Below the pieces are notes generated by a model. That model was not told the DNA's origin. It did no database searches and saw nothing but the letters and a program-made list of their open reading frames with translations. Below, piece after piece: positions 23,898-36,652 of a stretch of 64,000 bases of DNA. Source of the stretch: Callorhinchus milii (taxonomy: Eukaryota); the NCBI RefSeq assembly GCF_018977255.1, contig NW_024704742.1:18292001-18356000 (forward strand), in the 5' to 3' direction. The translations under genes and the position numbers were made by a program. Each line of letters begins with the position of its first letter. The stretch's first letter is position 1.

Positions 23898-25752
23898 ATA
23901 GAATCATAGAATGTTACGGCACAGAAGGAGGCCATTTGGCCCATCGAGTCTGTGACAGAGTCTCTTTGACAGAGCAACTGACTTTTATTAAACCCACTCA
24001 CCAGCTTTCTCCCCATAACCCTGCAAACCCGTCTTCCCCAGATACCTATCCAGTTCTCTCTAAAAAGCTGTTATCGAATCGGACTTCACTGCCCTTTCAG
24101 GCAGATCATTCCAAATTCTAACAACTCGCTGAGTGAAAACATTTCTTCTAACCTCCCCTCTGCTTCTTTTGGTAGATATCTTAAGACTGTGACCACGAGT
24201 CACAGACACACCTACCAGCGGAAACAGCTTTTCCCTATCTAGCCTGTCGAAACCTTTCATGATCTTGAAGACCTCTATCAGGTCCCGCGTAACCTTCTCT
24301 GCTCTAATGGGAAAAGTCCTAACTTTTCCAGCCTGTCCTCATAGCTAAGCTTCCCCATTCCTGGTATCATTCTCGTGAATCTCCTCTGCACCCTTTCCAG
24401 TGCCTTAATATCCTTCCTGAGGTAAGGTGCCCAGAACTGGACGCAGTACTCCAGCTGAGGCCTAACCAGTGTTTTGTACAGATTAAGCATAACCTCCCTA
24501 CTCTTATACTCTATGCCCCTACTAATGAAGCTCAGTACACCAAATGCCCTTTTTACTGCCCTATCTACCTGCTCTGCCACCTTCAATGAATCGCTTACTT
24601 GAATGCCCAGATCTCTCTGTACGTTCACCCCCCTTAGGATTGAGCTACCAAGCCTATATTGCCTACTATCATTTTTCCTACCTAAATGTATCAACTTGCA
24701 CTTATCTACATTAAAATCCATCTGCCACATGTCAGCCCATTCCACCATTCTGTGTATGTCTGCCTGCAGTCCGTCACAATCTTCTTCACTATTTACTACC
24801 CTACCTAACTTGGTATCATCTGCAAACTTGGAAATAGTGCTCCCTATGCCCAAGTCCAGATCATTAATATATATTAGAAAGAGCAGTGGTCCCAATACCG
24901 ATCCCTGGGGGACACCGCTGCACACCTCCTTCCATTGCGAGAAACACCCATTAACCACCACCCTCTGCATTCTGTCACTCAGCCAGTTCCTAATCCAAAC
25001 AGCTACTGTCCCCTTAATACCGTGGGCCTCCAGTTTTTTTATTAACCTCTTATGCGGTACTGTGTCAAAAGCCTTTTTAAAATCCATGTAAATAATGTCC
25101 ACCGCATTTCCCTCATCAACCCTCGCAGTCACCTCTTCAAAAAATTCTATTAGATTTGTTAGGCAAGATTTGCCTTTAACAAATCCATGTTGGCTGTCTC
25201 TAATTACCTCGTGTTCCTCTAAGTAGAGATTTATTTTGTCCCGGATTACGGTCTCCAGTAGCTTTCCTATTACCGAAGTTAGGCTGACTGGCCTGTAATT
25301 TCCGGGCTTGTCTTTCTGCCCCTTTTTGTAGAGTGGGGTAACATTAGCCACTCTCCAGTCTCTTGGCACCACTCCTGTGTCCAATGACGATTGAAATATA
25401 ATGGCCAAAGCCTCCGCTATTTGAACCCGTATCTCCCACAGCAACCTTGGGTGAAACCCATCTGGTCCTGGTGACTTATCAATTTTGAGCCCAGTCAATC
25501 TTTTCAGAACTTCCTCTCTGTCTATAGTAATCTGATCTATGTCCTCTACCCTGTCATCCAATACTGTGGCATTTGGGGCATTCGTTTCCGTTGTGAAGAT
25601 AGATGCAAAGTACTCGTTTAGTACATCAGCCCTCTGCCTCCACAACAAGATTGCCGTCATTGCCTTTGATTGGCCCCACCCTACCTTTAACTAACCTTTT
25701 TTCCTTTATGTGCTTATATAATATTTTAGGATTCCCCTTTATGTTACCCGCT
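23898..25752 (-). mobile_element. 5'-truncated CR1 LINE with a 460-codon uninterrupted RT frame
   Basis: ORF 24278-25660 has all RT motifs including FADD. (ATTCTATG)n tail at ~23898-23910. Colinear with the CR1 at 1-3043. Confidence 0.97.
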
Positions 25753-26861
25753 TTATGATCCCCAAAAGTTTTTTTTAGAAAGGAGAAATTCAATGACTGG
25801 AACAGGTTGCCGGGAAAGGTGGTAGAGGCCAGGACTCATTTAAAAAGCAGCTTGATGCAGAATGATGGACAGTAGGTGGATGTTCTGAGGGATGAGATTG
25901 GATGGGCCGAAGGACCTTCTTTTTCCAGTCTGATCTTGTGATCTTCTAGCTCTCAGTTTACCAGTAATAAAGCTACTAACTCACAGGTTTCTAATGTTTT
26001 GTTTGGTCACTGGTTGTCTGACACATGCAAAATACCATTGAAATGCTTAATAGAATTGCCGATCTTGTCAGTTAAGTTTTAATTAGCCTTTTTTGTTTGG
26101 TTTGCCAGAGCCTGACACATATGGAAATTCATCACCATAATTTATAGTATCTAGACCAAATGTTTGAGAGTTGTACATAGGTATGTATGGTTTCCATTTG
26201 TCTGTTAAGGAGTATGCAAATCCTTCCCCACTCTTCCCAGAGTTACGTACCCTTTTTACCCAATTACAGAAAGTATTAAGTAGAGGTTGGCAAGAACCAA
26301 TGCTTGGGAACCCCAGAATATGAATTGGGCTACTGCTAGAGTTTAACCAGCTAAAGACCATAGCTTGCCAGTATGAATACATGCAAGCTTTCTGTTGCCT
26401 CTCCAGCTAGAATCACTATGATCAAACTACGATGTTATGAACAATTTGTAACTGAACCAACACTTGAAACCTGTGGAGCAGTAGCTTCACAAGCTTCCCG
26501 TTCCAATGGCACTATTTGAAAATCATGCAATGAAATATAATTGTGGCCTTCCATTAGCTGATAGTATTTCCTTCAGGGACCGATAAAGAGCAAATGATAG
26601 TTGCAATAAAAGTACAAGATTCAAGAGTAGGGGATCTGCTGAATGCAAAATTCACATTTAAAACAGCTGGATCAAACATGATGAGAATTTCAAACAAGAG
26701 GAAGCTGCGATTTGTTGAAATGGAAGAACACTTGAGGAAAATAGGCAGGTGTATGATACCCTAATATATTGAAGATAGAGATGAAAGCAGAGATAAAATT
26801 AAAAATAACTGGAATCATCATCTGACAGAGAAAAATGGGTTAATGCTTTCATTACATCCAG

Positions 26862-27422
26862 GCTCGACTGTGCAAACTCATTTGCTTGTCGGCCTCCCCA
26901 ACTCCTCCCTCCACAGGCTGCAGATCATCCAGAACTCTCCCACACTAGGCTCCGTGACCCTAATAACCCCATCCTCGCCCGACTCCACTGGTTTCCTATC
27001 ACACAGAGAATACAGTTCAAGATCATGGTTCTCACCTTCAAAGCCCTCCATGGTCTTGCTTCCCCCTACCTCTGCGACCTCCTAACCACCTACCATCCTG
27101 CTTGCTCCCTCCGCTCAGCATGCTCTGGCCTGCTTCACGATCCCCGCCTCGCTCGCCCCACTTTGGGACCTTCTGCCACTCTGGCCCCACCTTCTGGAAC
27201 AACATCTCGCAGTCCCTCTGCCTTGCCCTCTCACTTGCCACCTTCATGACCCATCTCAAGACCCTTCTCTTCGACCGTGCTTTCGATCTCCCTGCTTCCC
27301 TCCCTGCCCTTCATCCTCCCCGACCCCGACCTTCAGCTCGGGGCCATAACTCTGTCTGTCTAGCGCCTTGGGACATCATCCCGATGTGAAAGGTGCTTTA
27401 CAAATGTAATTTTGTTGTTGTT
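26862..27422 (+). mobile_element. L2 3' fragment
   Basis: LLVGLPNSSLHRLQIIQN and VLTFKALHGLASPYL motifs; (GTT)n tail. Confidence 0.9.
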
Positions 27423-29020
27423 AATGTTTTGGGTGTGACCTTTCAATCTAAAACGGGCATTGCAACAGGTTTTCTGCTCTGTTGTACATCACATAACACA
27501 ATTCCATGAATCATCCATTCCTACCTCAGAACAGGTTATGGTTGTGAACAGGTAAATACAAATAACTTGAGACTAGTCTTGCATATAAAGAAACCTACCT
27601 GTACCAGCAATTCATTTCATAGCAGCCAAAATGTGCATAGCATTTTTCATCCCATGATGTCATACTTACTCAGATTTCCACTTATAAAGGGCTGCCTTGT
27701 AGACTTAATATAATAAATTTAACATTTGCTTTACCTGTTTAATAATAATCATAATTCATTAAAACACAAATAGTTAAAACATTTCCCTCCGTCAGAATGC
27801 AAAAAAAGGAAAGGAGTATTCCCTGAATGAGAGGAATAGACTTGTGAAATAATTCGAGACTTCTGCCAATACCATCATTGATCTATCTGGCTGCTCAGAC
27901 GGTGGCAGACATCCTTCCCCCTATTGACTGTTGGGAGCACAGAACGACTTGCAATAATCACATGGATAACCCTAACCCCAAAGGCAAGTCACAGATTTCT
28001 GTTAACAGATGGTCCAGTAACTCTGTTTCAGAAAATGATGCTTAACTCTTATTTGAGCACCTGCCTTGAAGGGACAGAGCTTCCGGTGATGACACCATGT
28101 GGAATACAATTTAGTGCACTAAGTTCAAAATTATGTTGAATCTTGAGTTTCAGCTACAGCAGTTGAACACAGTTGAATATAGACTGGATTATCCAGTGCA
28201 ATAACGTGGAGTTTATAAAACAGAAAATATGGATAAATATAAATATTGTTGAAGTGGTCACTTATATTGAAAGTACGTGAGTAATCTTCAACAACATGTC
28301 TAGTGCCTTGAGACATGTCAGATTTGTTAATGCTCCTGTGAGCTAATCTTACAAAAATGATGGCAATACAGAAGTCATTTTAAATGTAGTACCCATCCTT
28401 TTATCCATTGTCTGCATTTCAGTGGTGACCTTATGTACTTATGTAGAGTATTAAGCTTCCCATCGTTAACTTTGCTTCCTTAATTTCAGCCTAATTTTAT
28501 ATCAACTATTCACAAACCCTACGTTCCCTTCCATAGTTTACTGCATTTCACTGTTCATTAGGCACACCTTCAAATTCTATATGTTTTCTACAACACCGAA
28601 AACTACTTCATTTTAGCACCACTTTTGCTGCCTCTTTTCCCTTCAACAATGTCCAGCAGGATCTTAAGATTATAAACATCCACTGTGTTTTCAGGACCTG
28701 CGTGCTTGTTCTCTTGCATAATTTTACAATTCAAATAGAAAACAGCTCTTATCTTACTTAACAGCTTCCTCCTATACTTCTGAACTACAATACAAGTAAA
28801 AGGAATAGCTGCAGTATTTTTGTGTGTAAGAATGGAATGAATACACCCTCAATATGAAGGTAGGTGCTCCTCATTGCTGTCCTCAACAAGTTCAGAATAT
28901 TTTCAGCGCCTTGGGACGTCCTCCCTACGTGAGAGGCCCTATATAAATGTAATTTTGTTGTTATTGTTGATGTACTTCAAACCTTTAACACCACTTTAGC
29001 AATTAACAGCTGTTTATAAT

Positions 29021-29732
29021 ATAATAATAATAAATAATAATCCTTGCATTCGATATAGCTCTTGATCAAGTCTTCTAGACGTCTCAAAGTTCTTCACAAA
29101 ATATACTGTAAAATGAATTGACTGTATATTTTGTGGGCAAAACGATGCAACCAATTGCACACAGCAGTGTCCCACAAACAGTCATGGATTGAAGTAACCA
29201 ATCTTTTATTATTATTTTTTTGAAGGAATTATTAGCCCCAGAAAGGTGATCCGCCAATCCACTAACAACCGTGTTCTTACTTACTGCTAGTGGGCGCTAT
29301 AAAAAGCACAGAGGCGTGTGGAGTAAAGAAACAAGCCCAACATGTGGAGTCCTGTAGCTCAGTGGTTAGAGCACTCGCCTTGCAAGTGAGACAACTGGGT
29401 TCAATTCCAGGCAGGGTGAAACCTTAGGCAAGTTTCCTTACTCCATATGCCTAATAATAATCCCTCCAAAACAAAACAATAATAAATTGATCATTTTCAA
29501 TTCACGACTGTTTGTGGGACACTGCCATGCGCAATTGGCTGCCACATTTCGCCCACAAATATACAGTCGATTCACTTTACAGCATATTCTGTGAAGCGCT
29601 TTGAGATGTCGAGAAGACGTGAAAAGCGCTATATCAAGTGCAAGGATTATTATTGTTATTATTACGCCCTGCTAGGAATTGAATCTCTTGCTTGTGAGGC
29701 AAGTGCTCTGACCACTGAGCTACAGAACTCCA
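29021..29732 (-). mobile_element. Long-variant SINE split by a plus-strand SINE
   Basis: Body at 29021-29345, head at 29664-29732. Confidence 0.85.
29346..29663 (+). mobile_element. Short-variant SINE, full length, nested
   Basis: ggagtcctgtagctcagtgg...(ATT)n. Confidence 0.92.
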
Positions 29733-30804
29733 CAATTGTTTATATTATACGTATAAAAAGAAACACCACAATCCAAAATAAACAGAAAATGCTGGAATAT
29801 ACAGCTGATTAGTCAGCATCTGAAAGAGAAAGATAGTGGAGGCCACAGGCAAATTACACAGGAGAACAAAGCAACAGCTTAAGACTTAACACAGGCAAAG
29901 CCTAGAGAAACAAAAAATATCAATTTGATTAGTGAAAAATACGATTCGACTGTGTGACCTTATAAGGTAATCGACAGTCAAAAGGGGCAAATGAAACACC
30001 GTGCGTATTCAGAAAAATAACTTAAAAAGGTCATGGTTCTAATAGCATTTTTGCGTGACTCACTGGTATGAAAATCCTTGGTGTGTTGTTAAAATTTATG
30101 ACTTTTTTTTGTCATAATGTCTGTCAGATTCTCAACTGCTTGTACTTAGTTTAATTAATACCCATTTGTCTTTTCGAAAAGGATTTTAAATAAGCTAATT
30201 ACTCAACTTGGCAAAACTCTCAGTGTTGGAAGCTTTCTTGAGCACTCTGGAGTTTGAGCTTTTCTTTCCTGAGCCCTGTATAACACATTCTTTACAAACA
30301 GATAGATCAGACCTGCATATGAACGATGAGTGGCGTCCTGTGCCAGTACGATAGTATGGTTGGTAGCAATTTTCACCTCTAAGTCAGAAAGTTATAGGTT
30401 CATCAGGAATTGAAGTCATATTGTACTTCTGTGCAGTATGCAGTAAGCATTCCAATGCTGGAGAAGCTGTCCTTCTGATAATACATTAAATCAATGTCTT
30501 TTTTGGTTCAGCCAGGTGTCTAACACATGGGGAACTATCACCATGCTTAAGGGTATCCAAACCAGACTGAGAATTCCTCACATGTATTTATGCCACCGAT
30601 CATTAGAAATGTGCATGTGTCGGGAAAGGAATTCACACTCTCTCCTTGGAGGGAAACACCCAGTTTGCCTAATTCTGGAGATTATTACACGTAGGTCATC
30701 AAGAGGAAAGGCTTAGGGACATTACATTGATAGCAAGTATTGATTCCACTTTCCTCAAATACATCTCAATCAGTAACAATTGAAGTGTTGTTTATATCCA
30801 GGAT

Positions 30805-31088
30805 ATCTCTGTTTATCTAGCAATAAGTAGGAACCTGGTTAGTCGATTGGCAGATCGCTTTTCCAGGAGTAACAATTCCTTCAAAAAATAAATAAGAATG
30901 AATAAATAATAATAATTTTGTCACTCAATCCATGACTGTTTGTGGGTCACTGCTGTGCACAATTGGCTGCTGCATTTCGTCCACAAAATGTACAATCAAT
31001 TTACTTTACAGCATATTCTGTGAAATGCTTTGAGACATCTCGAAGACATGATTATATGCTATATCAAATGCAAGGATTATTATTATCA
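30805..31088 (+). mobile_element. Long-variant SINE, headless
   Basis: Similarity to family copies. Confidence 0.85.
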
Positions 31089-32642
31089 TCTGTGATACAT
31101 TTGTGATTGACACATGGGTCTGTATTCCATGGTACTACAAGTATTGGCACAATGCTGACAATAATTTCAATACTTCCAAAATTTTCTTCCGTTTCAATTG
31201 GCTGGTATTCAAGTGCCTGGTATTAGAAGGAAAAAAAAACTTAGTTTTCTGTTCTGATCAGTGTTCAGTGACCTCGGTTTGAGGAAGGTGATGATATTCA
31301 GTGTGGATAGAATTGGACTCAGCCATGATGCCAATCTTCCTTCCCCCCACTCCCCGCATCCCATGAGTTAAATAACTTGCCAGCATCCACTTTTAAGCCA
31401 CACACATGAATAATGATGTCTTAGGCAGGGATTGGAGTGGGTTTAGTGGCCATTAGGTGGGGGAAGACAAGGGAAATGGGTGAAAAAAAGGAATGCAGAA
31501 AGATAAATAAATGATTGATTTCGATCCGAATGACTTTAATGACATCAGGTGGAAAAAATCCCCATAGTAACCAGATTGTTGCACAACTAATAACCAAGTT
31601 CATTGCTCATTTCAGATGACTTTTGGGTTCTCAGTATAGTTCAGCTCACACTTTTCTCATGGCAAAAATACTTGTAGTGAACAGTCCTGCCAGGGATGGA
31701 CTCAGTTTGTTTAATGTGAGGAAGCCAAGTCCATAACAAAGCAAAATAATAATCCTAGCTTTTGATATAGTAATGTTACACAGAACAATCCATCCATCAT
31801 TACAGTGTCCAATTGCAAATTCTACTTGTAGGACTCAAAAGGTAATTTTTAATCCCCAATTGTCAAGTCATAATTTCAAAAATGTATTTACATTAAAATA
31901 ACTGGGGTAGCTTCATCTCAATCTAATTCAGTATGTAATTCTTACCTATCTATATCCTAGATTCAAGTTGAAGTGTGCTAGAGGGTCTATATATGTATTA
32001 ATAGTCTAATATTAGTTCATGTAAAGCCACTTGCACTTAAGTTACAGCAATGTAATTGCCATTCAACAATACAAAGTATAATTTGCAAAGAAGTACGAGA
32101 CAGTAGATTATACTAAACATAAGGTTACGGCTCAAAATATGAGGATAAAGTGGTTTGCTCTTCAATATATAATTATTGAAAAGTTGTTGTAAAAAATACA
32201 TTCCCTGAGGTTATTAGTCTGCTGGTGCAATGTGACCCCAGAGGGATTTTAATCATAGCCTCAACTCAAGCAGAGAAATTGCATGACCAGAATATCAGCA
32301 TATCAGTGAAATACTTGAAGCTTGGCATGATCAATCTCTTTGTAATTCAATCTGCATTGAATCTGCATTGTAAAGTAGAGAACTAATTTTCTGAGGTATG
32401 TCAGAGCTGTGATAAGATGACTAAAGCGATTATATTGATTTGGATTGCTCAGTAAATATGCTTTTTCTGGAGAGGACGAAAAGTGATCTCCCTGTTCAAA
32501 CAATCACAACAATTTAATTTCCACATGAAAGCTGATATTTAAATATTTGATACCATTAGAATATTTACAAAAACAGTATTGGTTTTCCTTTCATCAGATT
32601 GCTTTAACATACGTAAGTAGCAGAAAATAAGAAATTGTGTGT

Positions 32643-33035
32643 CAGCCTGCCTCATTCTTGTCTCTGAGTCAGAGTTGTGGGTTCAAACTCCACATCACGA
32701 CTTGGAACTCAAAGTCCAACCTAACACTCCAGTATAATGCTTTGGGATGTGCTGCATACTTCAGAAAAGACGTCAAGTCTACCTGATCAGGTGGATGTTG
32801 AAGATCCGTTGGTACAACTCGAAAAGTGAAGGGAGCTTCTCCTGGTTTTCTGGTTAACAATCCCTCAAATAAAATTGATCATTCACCTAACGGCTGTTCG
32901 TGGGATATTGCAGTGTGCATACTGGCTGCTGTGCCCACTCACAAAAAACAGTCACTGCACTTTACAGTATATCCATCAAGTGATTTGGGACATCCTCCTG
33001 ATATGAAATATCAAACATCAAATATAAGGATATTG
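32643..33035 (+). mobile_element. Older DeuSINE (SacSINE1/AmnSINE-like)
   Basis: tctgagtcagagttgtgggttcaa head; caggtggatgttgaagatcc and ggctgttcgtgggatattgc Deu segments. Confidence 0.75.
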
Positions 33036-34189
33036 TTTTGAGCTGATCTTTTCACTCAAAAGAAGGGAATTATGTGCATTAAGTGTAGATTAATTTTGTA
33101 TAATGAATGATTTGTTTCATCTTTGTGAGCAGTAAATGTATTTATTTATGGTTGAGAGTGAGATGCTTGCCCAATGAAAAGAGAGGGTGATTGGATTCAG
33201 TTTTAGATACTCATTTGTTCAAGAAGGATATAGGAAGCTTGCAGGGAGTTTCTAGTACTTGCTATCCACCAGTGAGGGATTAAACAAGCACTTTATCAGA
33301 TGTCAAATGACCAACTCATGACTTCCTCCTTGGGGGAAGGGTAAGTGGAGGATCCTTGAAGCTGAGCTGACTCCAGGGTGATGTTCATTATAATGGAATA
33401 TCAGAATGAAGCCAACCCTCTGTGGCAGACTCAGTAGTCCAGTTTCTGAGCCAGGTGGGTCTGCAGGACTCCAGGGCATTGTTGATAACAAATCGGCTAA
33501 CCTGGCTCAGTGGCAGGACTTGGAGTGGTAGACTGCGACAGGGATTCTTCCCACTCAGCTCCTGTTAATCCTGCAAACCATACCCCTAGCAGTGGTCCTA
33601 GCTGGACAAGCAGAGGGAAAGCTTGCTAGACCGCACATTCAATGGCAAGCTATAAGGTTTTAGCTGGTTAAACTCCAACAAAATCCCAACACATACTCTG
33701 GGGGCCCCAAGCCTTGGCTATGCCTAATGCTCTTTGGAATTAGGTAAGCAGGATGCATCCTTCTGGGGAGAGTGTGTGCATTCCAGTAGAGACACAGGAA
33801 TTTCCAGGTATAGGTGGCAGGCATGGAACTCTCAGTCTGGCTTGGGTATTCTTGGGCATCTCACTCTCAAACATAAATAAATACATTTACTGCTCACAAA
33901 GATGAAACAAATCCTTCATTATACACAATTAATCTACACTTAATGCATGATGATAAATTTCTGCATGTATTAGACACCTGGGTGACCAAAAACTAAAAGG
34001 GATATACTTGGGTTGGAAAGTGTCCAATGATGATTCATTTGAAATAATCCCTGTGTTGAAGGATCTTAGCTATGAGGCTGAATAGACTTAAGTTGTGTTC
34101 CTTAGAAGACCTGTTAACTTGTGCATTTCTAATTAAGATGTTTATATTTCTGAAGGGATTTAACAAGTTTACACAGCATATTGCCCTAT

Positions 34190-34743
34190 AGCATATTGTC
34201 CTATAGCATATTGGTTAGAGCACTCAACTCGCAAGCATGAGGATCTGGGTTCAATTCCTGAGTAGGACGAAATATTAGGCAAGTTCCCTTACTCCATACG
34301 CCTCTGTTCTCTTCAACCGTGGCTTCAGCTCTCCTCTCGACTCTCTACCCCCTCCTCGCTCCCTCCCTTCCCTCTCCTCACCCTGACCATTTCCCCCCTG
34401 CTCGGGTCCCGACCCAAGTGTCCAGCGCCTTGGGACGTCCTCCCGACGTGAAAGGCGCTCTATAAATGAAATCTTATTGTTGTTGTTGTTGTTTACTTAG
34501 CAGTACGTAGGAAACCGGTTGTTAGTCGATTGGCGGATCGGGTTTAAAAATCCCTTAAAAAATATATAATCATTTATTCATCAATCCACTACTGTTTGTG
34601 GGACACTACTGTGTGCAATGGGCTACCATGTTTCGTCCGCAAAATATACGGTCAATTCACTTTACTGTATATTCTGTGAAGCTCTTTGAGATGTTATGAA
34701 GACATGATAAGGCGCTATATCAAATTCAAGGATTATTATTGTT
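34190..34743 (+). mobile_element. Long-variant SINE split by an L2 tail
   Basis: Head at 34190-34290; the body resumes at ~34491 (gtttacttagcagt). Confidence 0.85.
34291..34492 (+). mobile_element. L2 3' tail inserted in a SINE
   Basis: gcgccttgggacgtcctcccgacgtgaaaggcgc...(GTT)n. Confidence 0.85.
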
Positions 34744-35282
34744 ATAAATTGGAGACAGGAAAGTAGAAGTACTAGAGGTCAGGGTATTTGAGATCTATGG
34801 CAATAAAAAAGGAAAAAGAAATTAAAAGACCTGCCATAATGTTCCTAATTGTCAGAAAAGATTGACAGAATATTCTCTTGTTCCTATAATCATACATGAC
34901 CTGCTCCTTGGTCTCTGCCAATGTCACTTTGAATCAAGCCACTGGGATGTGAAATTCCTTTGTTCAGTTAAATTGCTAATCTTGGCAGTGTTTGTTTATA
35001 AATGAGAAATCCCATTCCCCATACACATTGTCAAAGACTTTACCTATCAGTGAAATTTGCACACTCGTTTCTGAGGATGTCAAAGAATGTGAAGCAATAA
35101 ATAAAGCAAATAGGATGCTGGACTATATTGCCAAATCCATTGAGTTCAGATGCTCAAAAGTCATACTCAAGCTGTATAGTGGTCTGGTCAGGATACAATG
35201 CGAGGGATCCTTGACGGGAAACTGATGACGGTTCTGTAGTGGTATTTTATTTTGGTCAGCCAGGTGTCTGACACATGCATAA

Positions 35283-35518
35283 CATAACATAACATAAAGT
35301 GTAGGAGCAGGAGTAGGCCATTTGGCCCTTCGAGCTTGCCCCGCCATTCAATCATGGTTGATCTTCTAATCTAACTCCAGCTAATAACCTCACCCTGCCT
35401 TATCCCCATATTCCTTAATCCCTTTTGCAATAAGAAATCTATCTATCTCAGTCTTGAATATGTTCAAGGACTGAGCATCAACAGCCCTTTGGGGTAGCGA
35501 GTTCCATACATTAATTTC
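35283..35518 (-). mobile_element. CR1 (HER1-like) 3' fragment with a 9-bp flanking duplication
   Basis: WNSLPQRAVDAQSLNIFKTEIDRFL; (TTATG)n tail; CATGCATAA at 35274-35282 and 35519-35527. Confidence 0.85.
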
Positions 35519-35656
35519 CATGCATAAACCCATCACCATGTTTAAGGGTATCCAAACCAAGCCAAGAATTCCTTGCAACTCACCTACACATGGAAATTCT
35601 AGGGACAGATTATTGGAATGGAATGCACAATCTCTTCTTGGAGGGACACATCCTGC

Positions 35657-35984
35657 TTAATAATAATAATAATCCTTGCATTTGATATAGCGCTTTTCAT
35701 GTCGGGAGGACGTCCCAAAGTGCTTCACAGAACACACTGTAAAGTGAATTGACTGTATATTTGTGGGCGAACGCGGCAGCCAATTACGCACAGCAATGTC
35801 CCACAAACAGTCATGGATTGAAAATGATCAATTTTTTTTATTATTGTTTAGTTTTTTTTGGAGGGATTATTATTAGGCTCTGTGTGGAGTAAGGAAACTT
35901 GCCCAAGGTTTCGCCCTGCCTGGAATTGAACTCAGGTCTCTCGCTTGCAAAGCAAGTGCTCTAACCACTGAGCTACGTGACTCC
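35657..35984 (-). mobile_element. Short-variant SINE, full length
   Basis: Near-identical to the reverse complement of 8871-9193. Confidence 0.92.
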
Positions 35985-36174
35985 ACAAGGCGAACTAAAG
36001 ATGATGACCAAATGTACGATCCAAGAGATCTGTTTTAGAGACAGGAAGGGCAACAAGATTATCATTATCCACTTGTGCTTTTATTTTAGGCACAGTCTTC
36101 AAATCTACTGTTGTCACTGCATTGACTAAATATTTACATAATACATTCTGAACACGCAGAAATATTCACGGGTG

Positions 36175-36652
36175 CCAACCTGGCTCCGTTCATAGGACTC
36201 TTGTATCTGTGTCAGAAAGTTCTTGGTTCAGGTCCCATATCAGGCCTTTGAGCACATAGTCTAAGCAACATTTCGCTGTAATGCATGGGGATTGCTGCAT
36301 TGTTAAAGACAATGTACTTCATAGGAGACATTAAAATGAGGTCCGATTCTTCAGATGAGATCTGTAAACTGAGGTTCCATCAGCCTGTTCAGATGGAGGT
36401 TAAAGATCCCATCACACTATTTGAAAAGAGAAGGAAATTTCCCCTTGTGTCCTGGCTAACATTCCCCCCAGGTAAAAGTGACATTCATGGCTATTTGTGG
36501 ATATTGCTGTGTGCAAATTGGCTGTTGCAGTTTTTGGTCAGCTGGATGCTTTGAAGCTGGATGCTTCAATTCATTTACAGTATATTCGGTGAAGTGCTTT
36601 GAGACGTTTCAATGACGTGATACATATATATAAAATGCAAGGATGATTATTC
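36175..36652 (+). mobile_element. Older DeuSINE
   Basis: Same head and Deu segments (taaagatcccatcacactatttgaa). Confidence 0.78.

Noticed and set aside
33075..33947. DNA transposon with 92-bp TIRs
   Set aside because: The second arm interrupts another repeat that continues outside it, which is inconsistent with a bounded element
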